Assembly: GCA_965261345.1 (NCBI GenBank)
Contig: OZ253449.1
Coordinates: forward strand, 1,472,001-1,536,000
From: Chloroflexota bacterium
Lineage (GTDB): Bacteria > Chloroflexota > UBA11872 > VXNJ01
Direction: 5' to 3'
DNA: 64,000 bases
Part shown: positions 36,225-45,031 of the stretch, one piece after another
Position numbering within the stretch: the stretch's first letter is position 1
Layout of the letters: every line of letters begins with the position of its first letter
Position numbers and translations under genes: made by a program
The notes under the pieces: generated by a model
What the model saw: the letters and a program-made list of their open reading frames with translations, nothing else
Databases searched by the model: none
What the model was told of the DNA's origin: nothing

Positions 36225-37055
36225 TTGACCGCCTTGGCCTTCGGCCTGGGCGTGCCGCTACTGGGGATGATCGCCTTCATCCTCATCTGGCTGGGCTGGG
36301 TCGAGTTGCTAGTTGACCCCGAGAGCTTCCTTGCCGACTGGTCGCCGCGGCTGGCGGTTCCCGAGGTTTATTCGCTGCTTTTTGGCGGTGAGCTGCCGCG
36401 TCACATCTGGGCATCGGTCCTGCGGATCGCGGTTGGTCTGCTGATCGCCACCGCGATCGGGATCCCGCTGGGGATGGCGCTGGGGGCCTCGCGCTGGTTC
36501 TCGGCCGCGGTCTCGCCGGTGGCCGCGTTCCTGCGGATGGTTTCCCCGCTGTCCTGGACCCCGCTGGCGATCATCCTGTTCGGGGTCGGCGATTCGCCCG
36601 TGTTTTTCCTCACCGCGGTCGGAGCGGTCTGGCCGATCACCCTTTCCACCGCCCAGGGGGTGGCCTCGCTGGAACGCAACTGGCTGATGCTGGCGCGCTC
36701 GCTGGGAGCCTCGCGCATCGAGACCCTGCGGACGGTGGTCTGGCCGGGGATCCACGCCCAGGTGCTAACCGGGCTGCGGCTGGGGATGACGACCGCCTGG
36801 ATCATCCTGGTGCCGGCCGAAATGCTGGGGGTCGATTCGGGGCTGGGGTTCTTCATCCTCGATGCCCGCGATCGCTTCAACTACCCTGAGGTGGTGGCCG
36901 CCATCATCGTGATCGGGGCAATCGGGATCGTCCTCGACCGGTTCGCCCACAACCTGCTCACGCCGCGCCGAAGGGCCCGCCGGCGGGCCCGGCTGGGATC
37001 GACCGGCGCGGCGCCCGCCCAACCGGAGCGACCGGTGGGCCAGTACCGGATCTGA
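36225..37055 (+). CDS. NitT/TauT-family ABC transporter permease
   Basis: LRMVSPLSWTP, ARSLGAS, VPAEMLG...GLG. Confidence 0.92.
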   Translation: MTALAFGLGVPLLGMIAFILIWLGWVELLVDPESFLADWSPRLAVPEVYSLLFGGELPRHIWASVLRIAVGLLIATAIGIPLGMALGASRWFSAAVSPVAAFLRMVSPLSWTPLAIILFGVGDSPVFFLTAVGAVWPITLSTAQGVASLERNWLMLARSLGASRIETLRTVVWPGIHAQVLTGLRLGMTTAWIILVPAEMLGVDSGLGFFILDARDRFNYPEVVAAIIVIGAIGIVLDRFAHNLLTPRRRARRRARLGSTGAAPAQPERPVGQYRI

Positions 37056-37132
37056 CCGCCGCCGGACAAATTGCCGGACGGTTCGGCCGGCAATTTGCAA
37101 AATGAGTACCGTTGGCAGTTGCGCCCTAAGGC

Positions 37133-38524
37133 TTGCCCATCAGAACCACCCCACCCAAGGCCGCAGCGGCCGGTTCGCCCGCTGGCCCGTCGGTCCGGCG
37201 GCTCTACGACAAGGGCGCGATGCTGGCCTTTTTTCTGCCGGTGGCGCTCTCCTCGCTGGTTACCGGCCTGCGCGGTCCGGTCCTCGACGCCGGCCTGGCG
37301 CGAACCGAGGAGCCGCTGCTGGCGCTCGCCGGGTTCGCCGCGGTCTCGTCGCTGGTTTTTGTCCTAACGACTGCCAGCCAGGTGCAGCAGAGCGTATTCC
37401 TGGTCTATGCCAATGGCCGCGAATCGCTGCGCCGGGTGTTCCGTTTCACCGCCTACGGGGCGTTGGCGGCATTTCTAATCGCCCTGCTGGCGGCGATTCC
37501 GGCATTTTCCGATTTCCTGCTCGGGGGGTTGATGGGTGCCTCCGACGAGGTCACCGATTACGCCCGCCCGGCGTTCCTGCTGCTGGCCCTGATCCCGCCG
37601 CTGGTGGTGGCCCGGGCGCTTTTCCAAAGCGTGCTGATGCAGCGCCGCCAGACCCGGCGGATTACGTTTGCCACCTTCGGCGGGCTGGCGGTGCTGGTTC
37701 CCGGAGGGCTGCTTTTCGTACCGTCAACGCCCCTCAACGGGGCCCTGGCGGCCGCCCTGGCGCTGATTGCAGTGACCATCGTCGAGGGCGGAATCCTGGC
37801 GTTTTTCGCCATCTCCGAGCTGCGCGCCCGCCCCTATCCAAAGACCGAGACCGCCCCGCTGCCGACGATGGGCGACTTGTTGCGCTTCGGTTGGCCGCTG
37901 CTGCTGTCAATGCTGGCCATGTCCGGATCGACCCCGCTGATTACCGCCGGAATCTTCCGCTTAGAAGACGGGGTGATCGCGGTCGCCGGATTCCGGATCG
38001 CCTGGAGCATCGCCATCCTGGGCCTGAGCCTGACCCTGGCGGTCCGCCAGACCGCGTTGGTCATGTCCAAGTACCCAGAGAGCCATCGCCACGGGCGAAA
38101 GTTTTCGGCCCTGGTCGGGCTGGCGGTTTCGGCCGGGTTGTTGGTGCTAACTACCGGTCCGATCGGTGACTTCGTCATGCTCACCGTCATCGGCGTTCCC
38201 GAGTCGGTCGCGGCCCAGGCCTTTCCGGCGGTCTGGGCGCTGGCGGCGGTACCGTTCCTGCTGGGATTTAGGCAATTCTTCATCGCCCTGCTAATGCACC
38301 AGGGCCTTTCCAAGCGGGTGGGAATCGGGACCCTTTCGCGAGTCGCGGTAATGCTCGTGGTGGTGTTTGTGATTGCCCCGTTCGTACCCATGGCCGGGGC
38401 CTTGATGGGTGGACTGGCCCGGCTGAGCGGGCAATTGAGCGAGACCTTGGTGGCCTGGCGGCTGGGACGCGTCTGGTTCGACCAGGACCCGCAGTCGGCC
38501 GGCCAGAAAACCGGGACCCGCTGA
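37133..38524 (+). CDS. MATE/MOP-superfamily membrane transporter
   Basis: About 12 TM helices in two repeated halves (FFLPVALS...ALAGF / FGWPLL...AVAGF). Confidence 0.7.
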   Translation: MPIRTTPPKAAAAGSPAGPSVRRLYDKGAMLAFFLPVALSSLVTGLRGPVLDAGLARTEEPLLALAGFAAVSSLVFVLTTASQVQQSVFLVYANGRESLRRVFRFTAYGALAAFLIALLAAIPAFSDFLLGGLMGASDEVTDYARPAFLLLALIPPLVVARALFQSVLMQRRQTRRITFATFGGLAVLVPGGLLFVPSTPLNGALAAALALIAVTIVEGGILAFFAISELRARPYPKTETAPLPTMGDLLRFGWPLLLSMLAMSGSTPLITAGIFRLEDGVIAVAGFRIAWSIAILGLSLTLAVRQTALVMSKYPESHRHGRKFSALVGLAVSAGLLVLTTGPIGDFVMLTVIGVPESVAAQAFPAVWALAAVPFLLGFRQFFIALLMHQGLSKRVGIGTLSRVAVMLVVVFVIAPFVPMAGALMGGLARLSGQLSETLVAWRLGRVWFDQDPQSAGQKTGTR

Positions 38525-39219
38525 TGCCGCGGCGGGCGGGGAAACCGCGACGCGCGGTCGTGGTCCTTAACGGGCCGCTGGCCGCTGAGCCCCAGGTTTT
38601 AGCCGCGATCGCTAACGCCGATCTGGTGGTGGCCGCCGATGGTGGCGCCGGCCGGTTGGCGGGGCTTGGCCGGCAGCCCGACCTGGTAGTTGGCGATCTG
38701 GACTCGTTGGACTCCTTAACCGCCGAGCGGCTGCGGGCCGGCGGGGTCAGATTCGAGCAGCACCCGCGCGCCAAGGATCTAACCGATGGCGAACTGGCGC
38801 TGCTGGCGGCGATCGAGCGCGGAGCTGAATCGGTAACCGTGCTCGGGGCCCTGGGGGGCGAGCGACCGGACATGGTGTTTGCCAACCTCATGCTGCTCTG
38901 CCATCGGCGGGCCGATGGCCTCTTAATCCACGCCTTAGCCGACGGTTGGGCGATCTGGCCGGTCGGTCCGGCCGAGCTGGTCGTTGATTGCCGGCCCGGG
39001 CAGACCATTTCACTGGTACCGCTCGATGCCATTGTTACGGGAATAGATCTTGGCGGAACCCGCTGGGAGCTGGCCGGGGCGCAATTGGCCGGTAGGGAGG
39101 GCCGCGGCCTCTCCAATGTCTGCCTTAGCTTCCGGGTGAGGGCCCGCGCCAGCAGCGGTCGGCTGCTGCTGTTTCACCAGTACGGTTCCGGCCCACGCGA
39201 CGGCCGGCCGGGCCAATAG
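38524..39219 (+). CDS. thiN: Thiamine diphosphokinase
   Basis: AADGGA, VGDLDS, KDLTDGELAL, GALGG, GLSN. Confidence 0.92.
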   Translation: MPRRAGKPRRAVVVLNGPLAAEPQVLAAIANADLVVAADGGAGRLAGLGRQPDLVVGDLDSLDSLTAERLRAGGVRFEQHPRAKDLTDGELALLAAIERGAESVTVLGALGGERPDMVFANLMLLCHRRADGLLIHALADGWAIWPVGPAELVVDCRPGQTISLVPLDAIVTGIDLGGTRWELAGAQLAGREGRGLSNVCLSFRVRARASSGRLLLFHQYGSGPRDGRPGQ

Positions 39220-39248
39220 AATCGACTTGAACCCAGTTACAACTAAAT

Positions 39249-39348
39249 ATCCGCAGGGGTGCTGAAAGCATCGGCTGAGAAGGAAGGCCCACCGGCCTTT
39301 CCTCCCCTAATGACCTGATCCGGGTAATACCGGCGTAGGCAGACGGAA
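39249..39348 (+). ncRNA. TPP riboswitch
   Basis: AGGGGTGC...GCTGAGA...CCCT...GACCTGATCCGGGTAATACCGGCGTAGG, upstream of thiamine-related genes. Confidence 0.95.
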
Positions 39349-39365
39349 TCTCCCGAGAACTTTCA

Positions 39366-39408
39366 CACCGCATCCATCTTTGATGAAGGGTGCGGTGTTG
39401 GCCGTTTT
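39366..39408 (+). terminator. Putative terminator hairpin of the TPP expression platform
   Basis: CACCGCATCC/GGGTGCGGTG stem followed by an interrupted T tract (TTGGCCGTTTT). Confidence 0.4.
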
Positions 39409-39466
39409 AACAGGCCCCGGCGGGCCTGTCCCGAGTACCTTTCGGGGCAGATTCAAGGGAGCAACC

Positions 39467-39754
39467 ATGGCAACAATCATCGCGGCGTTTCAGGTCTTGC
39501 CAAGCGGGGTCGAGGACACCTATGGGTGCGTTGAAGCGGCCATCGCGGTGGTCGCCGAATCGGGTCTGCCCTATGACGTCTCATCGTTCGAGACCACCCT
39601 CGAGGGCGAATACGACCAGCTGATGGACCTGATCAAGCGGGCCCAGACCGCCTGCCTGGACTTTGGCGCCAGCTCGGTGCTCTGCTACATCAAGATCGCC
39701 AACACCCCGGCCGGGACCACGATCGCCGATCACATCGCAAAATTCCGCGATTGA
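39467..39754 (+). CDS. Thiamine-binding protein (MTH1187/DUF77/YkoF-like)
   Basis: FQVLP, AIAVVAESGL, FETTLEGEYD; AAGGGAG RBS. Confidence 0.87.
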   Translation: MATIIAAFQVLPSGVEDTYGCVEAAIAVVAESGLPYDVSSFETTLEGEYDQLMDLIKRAQTACLDFGASSVLCYIKIANTPAGTTIADHIAKFRD

Positions 39755-40521
39755 GCCGACAACGCGTAGGCGCGCGCCTGGCCGCCGCCGCCCCGGCGAC
39801 GCTGCTGCTGCTGGCAATCCTTGCCTTCTGGCAGTTCTTCGTAACCTGGCGCCAGGTCCCGCGCTGGCTGCTGCCGTCGCCGTCCGACATTGCGATCGCC
39901 TTGGTCGATTCGGCCGAATTGATCGCCTACCACATCCCGCTCACCCTGCTGGTTATGGCGGTTGGGTTTTTCTGCTCGCTGCTAATTGGCACCACCGTGG
40001 CGACCGCCTGCCACCTGTTTGCGCCGGTCCGCCGGGCGATCTATCCGCTGCTGGTTACCTCGCAATCGGTTCCGTTCATCATCGTCGCTCCGCTGCTGGT
40101 GATCTGGTTCGGTTTCGGCCTGCTGCCCAAGCTGGTGCTGGTCACCCTGGTCTGTGCATTTCCAATCACCGTTACCTTCCTCGGCGGACTGCGTTCGGCC
40201 GACCACGAGGCCGGCGACCTGCTGCGGGCGATGGGGGCGTCGACCTGGGATCAATTCCGGCTGGTGCAGCTCCCGCCGGCCCTGGCGGCACTGGCCGCCG
40301 GCGCCAAGATCGCCGCCACCTACGCGGTCATTGGAGCCCTGATCGCCGAATGGCTGGGGGCCAGCCGCGGACTCGGGGTATTCCTGATCCGTTCGATGAA
40401 CTCGTTTCGTGCCGATCGGGCCCTGGCGGCCATCGTGATCGTGGTCGTGATCGCCCTGTTGGCCTGGGCGGCAATCGAACTTCTAACCCGCCGGGCCATG
40501 CCCTGGCGCAACCATGTCTAA
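39751..40521 (+). CDS. thiX: Hydroxymethylpyrimidine/thiamine-precursor ABC permease (ThiX-like)
   Basis: LLPSPS, YPLLVTSQ, IAEWLG...GLG; TPP-regulated. Confidence 0.8.
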   Translation: MSRQRVGARLAAAAPATLLLLAILAFWQFFVTWRQVPRWLLPSPSDIAIALVDSAELIAYHIPLTLLVMAVGFFCSLLIGTTVATACHLFAPVRRAIYPLLVTSQSVPFIIVAPLLVIWFGFGLLPKLVLVTLVCAFPITVTFLGGLRSADHEAGDLLRAMGASTWDQFRLVQLPPALAALAAGAKIAATYAVIGALIAEWLGASRGLGVFLIRSMNSFRADRALAAIVIVVVIALLAWAAIELLTRRAMPWRNHV

Positions 40522-40576
40522 TTCTTCCGGCCGGCAACTTCTGGCCGGTCAACATCGCCCAACCTGGAGGCAAACG

Positions 40577-41623
40577 ATGAACCGACGAAAGTTCCTGGGT
40601 TTCGGCCTGGGTGCGGCGGCCACGCTGGCGCTGGCCGCCTGCGAGGGTTCGGGCCGCGAGACCGCAGCCGCCGAGAACGTCGCCGACCTCCAGTCAACGA
40701 TTGCCCCGGCCGCCCCCCAGCGCGCCGATCGGGCCGAGGCGACCATGGTACTTGATTGGGTACCCAACACCAACCACACCGGACTCTACGTGGCCCGGGC
40801 ACTGGGATTCTTCGAGGAGGAGAACCTCGATTTCAAGATCGAGGAACCAGTCGAGGTTGACGCGACCGCGGTGGTGGCGGCCGGCAATGCCGAATTTGGG
40901 ATCGGCTTCCAGGAATTTTTGACCCCCGCCTTAGTCGAGGGCGCCCCGGTGGTGTCGGTGGCGGCGATCCTTGCCCAGAACACATCCGGATTCGCCTCGC
41001 TGGCCAGTCGCGGAATCGCCCGCCCGCGCGATTTTGAAGGGGCCGTCTATGGCGGGTTCGGCTCGCCGCTGGAACTGGCGATCCTGAGGGTGATGATGGA
41101 ATCAGACGGTGGCGACTTCGACACGCTGGAATCGGTCGGCGCCGGGGCGGCCGATTTCCTAACGATCATCCAGCGCGATGTCGACCTCTACTGGATCTTC
41201 TACGGGTGGCAGGGAATTAAGGCCGAACTGGAGGGAATTGATCTGAACGTCCAGTTCCTCTCCGACTGGGGAGTGCCCAACTACTACACCCCGCTGATCA
41301 TGGCCAATGCCTCACTGCTGGATGCCCGCCGCGACATCGGCGAGCGGGCGATGCGGGCGATCTCGCGCGGCTATGAATTCACCATCGCCGATCCGGGCGC
41401 GGCTGCCGATCTGTTAATTGCCGCATCCCCGGAAATTGACGCTCCGTTGGCGCAGGCCTCGCAGGCCTGGCTTTCGCCACGCTACCGCGGCGATGAGGAC
41501 CGCTGGGGCCAACAGCGCGGATCGGTCTGGGGTGGCATGACCGAATGGATGCTCGCCCAGGAGCTGATCGAGGAAACCTTCGACTGGGAGAACGCCTTCT
41601 CCAACGACCTGCTGCCGACTTAA
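40577..41623 (+). CDS. thiY: NMT1/THI5-family ABC substrate-binding Tat lipoprotein (ThiY-like)
   Basis: NRRKFL with LAAC lipobox; LDWVPNTNHTGLYVA, WIFYGW, YYTP; GGAGG RBS before ATG 40577. Confidence 0.85.
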   Translation: MNRRKFLGFGLGAAATLALAACEGSGRETAAAENVADLQSTIAPAAPQRADRAEATMVLDWVPNTNHTGLYVARALGFFEEENLDFKIEEPVEVDATAVVAAGNAEFGIGFQEFLTPALVEGAPVVSVAAILAQNTSGFASLASRGIARPRDFEGAVYGGFGSPLELAILRVMMESDGGDFDTLESVGAGAADFLTIIQRDVDLYWIFYGWQGIKAELEGIDLNVQFLSDWGVPNYYTPLIMANASLLDARRDIGERAMRAISRGYEFTIADPGAAADLLIAASPEIDAPLAQASQAWLSPRYRGDEDRWGQQRGSVWGGMTEWMLAQELIEETFDWENAFSNDLLPT

Positions 41624-41637
41624 AGCGCGGATAGGCG

Positions 41638-42390
41638 ATGGCCGACCGTCTGACCCTTGCCGGCATCTCCAAGAGCTTTGGCCAGGGCGGCGCCCGCCTG
41701 AGCGTGCTCGACCGGGTTAGCCTGGGAGTGGGCGAGGGTGAATTCGTCTGCCTGGTTGGCCCCAGCGGCTGCGGCAAGAGCACCCTTTTTAACGTCGCCG
41801 TTGGGCTGGCCGAGCCCGATGCGGGCCGGGTGCGGCTGGACGGACAGGACATCACCGGGCGCCGCGGGCAGCTGGGGTTTATGCCCCAGCGCGACCTGCT
41901 ATTGCCCTGGCGTCGGGTCATTGACAACCTGACCATCGGGGTGCAGGTAAAGCGCGGCGACCTGGCCGCGGCGCGCCGGCGGGCCCGCCGGTTGGCGCCG
42001 CGGTTCGGCCTTGAAGGATTCCTTAACCACCATCCCTACCAACTCTCGGGCGGGATGCGCCAGCGGGCAGCGCTGCTGCGGACCATTGTGTCGGGTAATT
42101 CGATCCTTTTGCTGGACGAACCGTTCGGCGCACTGGATGCCTTGACCCGGCTGGAAATGCACCGGTTCCTGCTCGGTTTGCGGGGCGAGCTGGACCTGAC
42201 CGTCCTGTTCGTTACGCATGATCCCGATGAGGCGGTGGCGCTGGCCGACCGAATCCTGGTCATGTCGGCCCGGCCGGGACAAATATTGGATGAATTCGGC
42301 GTCGATCTGCCCCATCCGCGCACCGAACTGGCGCGCGGCGCCAACACCTATCGCCAACGCCTGCTGGGCGGGCTGGGCGCGCTCTCTTAA
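41638..42390 (+). CDS. thiZ: ABC ATP-binding protein (ThiZ-like)
   Basis: GPSGCGKST, MPQRDLLLPW, LSGGMRQR. Confidence 0.82.
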   Translation: MADRLTLAGISKSFGQGGARLSVLDRVSLGVGEGEFVCLVGPSGCGKSTLFNVAVGLAEPDAGRVRLDGQDITGRRGQLGFMPQRDLLLPWRRVIDNLTIGVQVKRGDLAAARRRARRLAPRFGLEGFLNHHPYQLSGGMRQRAALLRTIVSGNSILLLDEPFGALDALTRLEMHRFLLGLRGELDLTVLFVTHDPDEAVALADRILVMSARPGQILDEFGVDLPHPRTELARGANTYRQRLLGGLGALS

Positions 42391-42449
42391 AAACAGGATC
42401 GGATCGGCGACGTCCTCGATCTTGCGGCCGATCTGTTGTCAAAATTAAC

Positions 42450-43724
42450 TTGCGGCTGGTTGAATTGAAAGGCTTGGGCGCGGCGATCTCGAGTGTGGAT
42501 GGTCAGGCGACGACGGCCCCAAAGACCAAGTCGCCCTGGCTGTTTGTCATCGTCGGCACGGCGATGGCGTTCGTTATGGTCGGATCGACCCAATCCTTCG
42601 GGATCTACTTGCGGTCGATGACCGAGGAACTCGAAATCGGCCGCGCGACATTTGCCCTGGCGATCGCGATCCTGCAGCTGGCCACCGGTCTGCCGGTGGC
42701 CGCCTACCTGGCCGACCGCTACGGTCACTGGAAGGTGATGCTGCCGTCCGGAGTCGTCTATTCCCTGGTGCTGCTGGCGGTCTCGCAGATCTCGAGCGGG
42801 ATCGAACTGGTTATCTACTTGGGCATCATCGGCGGCCTGGCGGTGAGCGGGGCGTCGATGACGGTGGTGGTGGGGGCGATCGGCCAGATGGTCCCGGTCG
42901 AGCGTCGCAGCACCATGCTGGGGATAGTGATCGCCGGGGCCTCGGCCGGAATATTCGTCCTGGTACCGCTCTGGCAGCAGATGTTGACTCTGTTTGGCTG
43001 GCGGATAAATTTCATGATCTTTGCCGCGGTGCCGCTGCTGGTTGGCGTGATGGCGTTCCTGTTCCTGCGGGCGGGGGCGGGCGAGCTACCGCGGAGCCGC
43101 GACGTGGTCGATGAGCCGTTCGCGAAGATGCTCGCCCGCGCCCGCCGCAACCGCGGCTATCTGCTGCTGACCGCCGGATTCTTCGTCTGCGGCTTCCATG
43201 TGGGATTCATCTCCACCCATCTGCCGGCCTACCTGGCCGACGGCGGGGTCGGGGTCGGGGCGGCGTCACTCTCGCTGGCGATGATCGGTCTGTTCAACAT
43301 CTTTGGATCGACCCTCTTTGGCCGCCTCGGCGACCGCTTCCGCCGCAGCAAGCTGTTGTCCCTGGTCTACTCGATCCGCGGGGTGGTCCTGATCGGCCTG
43401 CTTGTGCTCCCCTTAAATTCGGTAACCGCGATCGCGTTTGGGGCGTCGATGGGGTTCGTCTGGCTGGCCACCGTCCCGCTCACCTCTTCGACGGTTGCCC
43501 AGCTGCTTGGGGCCCGCTACCTGGCGGTCATGTTCGGCACCACCTTTTTCTCCCATCAGATCGGATCGTTCATCGGAATCTGGATGGGCGGCCGGGTGTA
43601 CGATTCCACCAGTTCGTACGATCCGATTTGGTTGGCGGCCATCTTCCTGGCGTTTGCCGCCGCGGCGCTGCACTACCCGATCAAGGACGCATTGCCCCGG
43701 GTCGCGGCCGCCGCCACCGCCTAA
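42450..43724 (+). CDS. MFS transporter (OFA/YhjX-like)
   Basis: LADRYG, GFFVCGFH, LATVPLT, FFSHQIG; 12 TM. Confidence 0.9.
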   Translation: MRLVELKGLGAAISSVDGQATTAPKTKSPWLFVIVGTAMAFVMVGSTQSFGIYLRSMTEELEIGRATFALAIAILQLATGLPVAAYLADRYGHWKVMLPSGVVYSLVLLAVSQISSGIELVIYLGIIGGLAVSGASMTVVVGAIGQMVPVERRSTMLGIVIAGASAGIFVLVPLWQQMLTLFGWRINFMIFAAVPLLVGVMAFLFLRAGAGELPRSRDVVDEPFAKMLARARRNRGYLLLTAGFFVCGFHVGFISTHLPAYLADGGVGVGAASLSLAMIGLFNIFGSTLFGRLGDRFRRSKLLSLVYSIRGVVLIGLLVLPLNSVTAIAFGASMGFVWLATVPLTSSTVAQLLGARYLAVMFGTTFFSHQIGSFIGIWMGGRVYDSTSSYDPIWLAAIFLAFAAAALHYPIKDALPRVAAAATA

Positions 43725-43779
43725 GACTCCGGCAGCCGGCGGCCCTGCGCTCGCTCGCCCAACCAGAACGCCGCCCGCC

Positions 43780-44427
43780 CTAGTTTTTGATTTCCAGGCT
43801 TCCGAGCAGGACCGATCCAGAAACAATCAGTTGGGGTAGCGCCCCGGCCACCGAATTGCCGCCCGAGATTCCTCCGAAGACTGCGCTCACCTGTTGTTCG
43901 GTCGCCCAACCTTCGGGGATCTTGAGCTCGACTGAGCCGAACATGACCAAAACCTCGACTGCCGCCGGACCGTCGGCGTCGGCCTTGGAAAGGTCGATCT
44001 GGCAGCTGCCGAACAGGGCGGTCGCCGACAGCTGTCCGGGGAGCGGTCCGGCAAACGCCCGTTCACTGGACCCAAAGACGGCGGTTAACGAATTGGCCCC
44101 TCCGGCGCTGCGGGCCGAGAGTGAACGCACCACCAGGTAGGCCCCCACCGCAACGATCGCCAGCGGCCAAAAAAACCGGCCCAGATTGATATCTAGCGAT
44201 AGGCCGGTAAGGATTGCCAGTTGCCAGATTGCCAATAGCGCCAGCGCCAGCCAGGTTTTCCATGAAAATCGCCAGCCGCCGCTGCCGATTTTGCTTACCG
44301 CCAGGAAAACTATCACGTAAAGCGGGAACAGCTGCCAGAAGTGGGGAAACCCGTCTATTGCCCCGTCAAATAGGGCGGCGAGCCCGAATACGATCAGCAC
44401 CGACCCGAAGGCCGCCCGCCGCCCCAA
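43780..44427 (-). CDS. LiaF-like cell-envelope stress membrane protein
   Basis: Four TM helices with WQLFP/FWP, plus a C-terminal FGS-repeat beta-solenoid (AVFGS, ALFGS, VMFGS, AVFGG). Confidence 0.75.
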   Translation of the reverse strand: MGRRAAFGSVLIVFGLAALFDGAIDGFPHFWQLFPLYVIVFLAVSKIGSGGWRFSWKTWLALALLAIWQLAILTGLSLDINLGRFFWPLAIVAVGAYLVVRSLSARSAGGANSLTAVFGSSERAFAGPLPGQLSATALFGSCQIDLSKADADGPAAVEVLVMFGSVELKIPEGWATEQQVSAVFGGISGGNSVAGALPQLIVSGSVLLGSLEIKN

Positions 44428-44455
44428 TGCTTTTGACCCGCTAATCGCCCGTCGC

Positions 44456-45028
44456 CTAAGCCTCGACCCGGCAGTCGCTTATCGCCACGTCGTAAACCAG
44501 GTCGAAGATCAGTCCGACCACGGTGATCGATTCGCCCGGCTGACGGTCTTTCTGGGACTCGTAGTCTTCCTGGCCGAGGGTGCAGATCACCCCGTTGGCG
44601 TCGCCCTCACCGACGATCATGAGGAATCCGCCGCGGCCGATCGAGAAGTTCTCGCGGATCACTCCACTTATGCGGGCGACCTTGCCAAAGTACTTGGCCT
44701 CGGAGGCCTCCTCATCGGCGATAAATTCGCCAAACAGGTCACCGGCGGCAATTTCCAGGTCGACCTCTGGTTCAGCGACCGGCTCCGGCGTCGGCTCGGG
44801 AGTTGGTTCAGCGGTCGGCTCCGGCGTTGGTTCAGCGACCGGCGCGGGCGTCGGTTCGGGCGTCGGCTGGCTGGTCGGGGCCGGGGTTGCGACCGGCGCC
44901 GGGTTTGCGGCTGGCGACGCTTCGGCCGACCCACAGGCAGCCAGAACCAGGGTCAGGCCGCAGGCTACGACCAGCATAAAGGCCGCGGCCAACCGCGACT
45001 GATCTTTCGGGTACACGTGCTCTCCCAT
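44456..45028 (-). CDS. OB-fold (tRNA_anti-like) lipoprotein with Pro/Thr/Glu linker
   Basis: LAAC lipobox; DLFGEFIADEEASEAKYFGKVARISG...GESITVVG. Confidence 0.72.
   Translation of the reverse strand: MGEHVYPKDQSRLAAAFMLVVACGLTLVLAACGSAEASPAANPAPVATPAPTSQPTPEPTPAPVAEPTPEPTAEPTPEPTPEPVAEPEVDLEIAAGDLFGEFIADEEASEAKYFGKVARISGVIRENFSIGRGGFLMIVGEGDANGVICTLGQEDYESQKDRQPGESITVVGLIFDLVYDVAISDCRVEA
44768..44868 (-). repeat. Degenerate 12-bp tandem repeat encoding PTPE/PVAE linker units
   Basis: GGTTCAGCGACCGGC occurs twice and GGCTCCGGCG twice; protein reads PTPEPTPAPVAEPTPEPTAEPTPEPTPEPVAEP. Confidence 0.75.
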
Positions 45029-45031
45029 CGT

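Noticed and set aside
44768-44868. Tandem repeats as a CRISPR array or mobile repeat
   Set aside because: They are coding Pro-rich linker repeats with no spacers and no cas genes.
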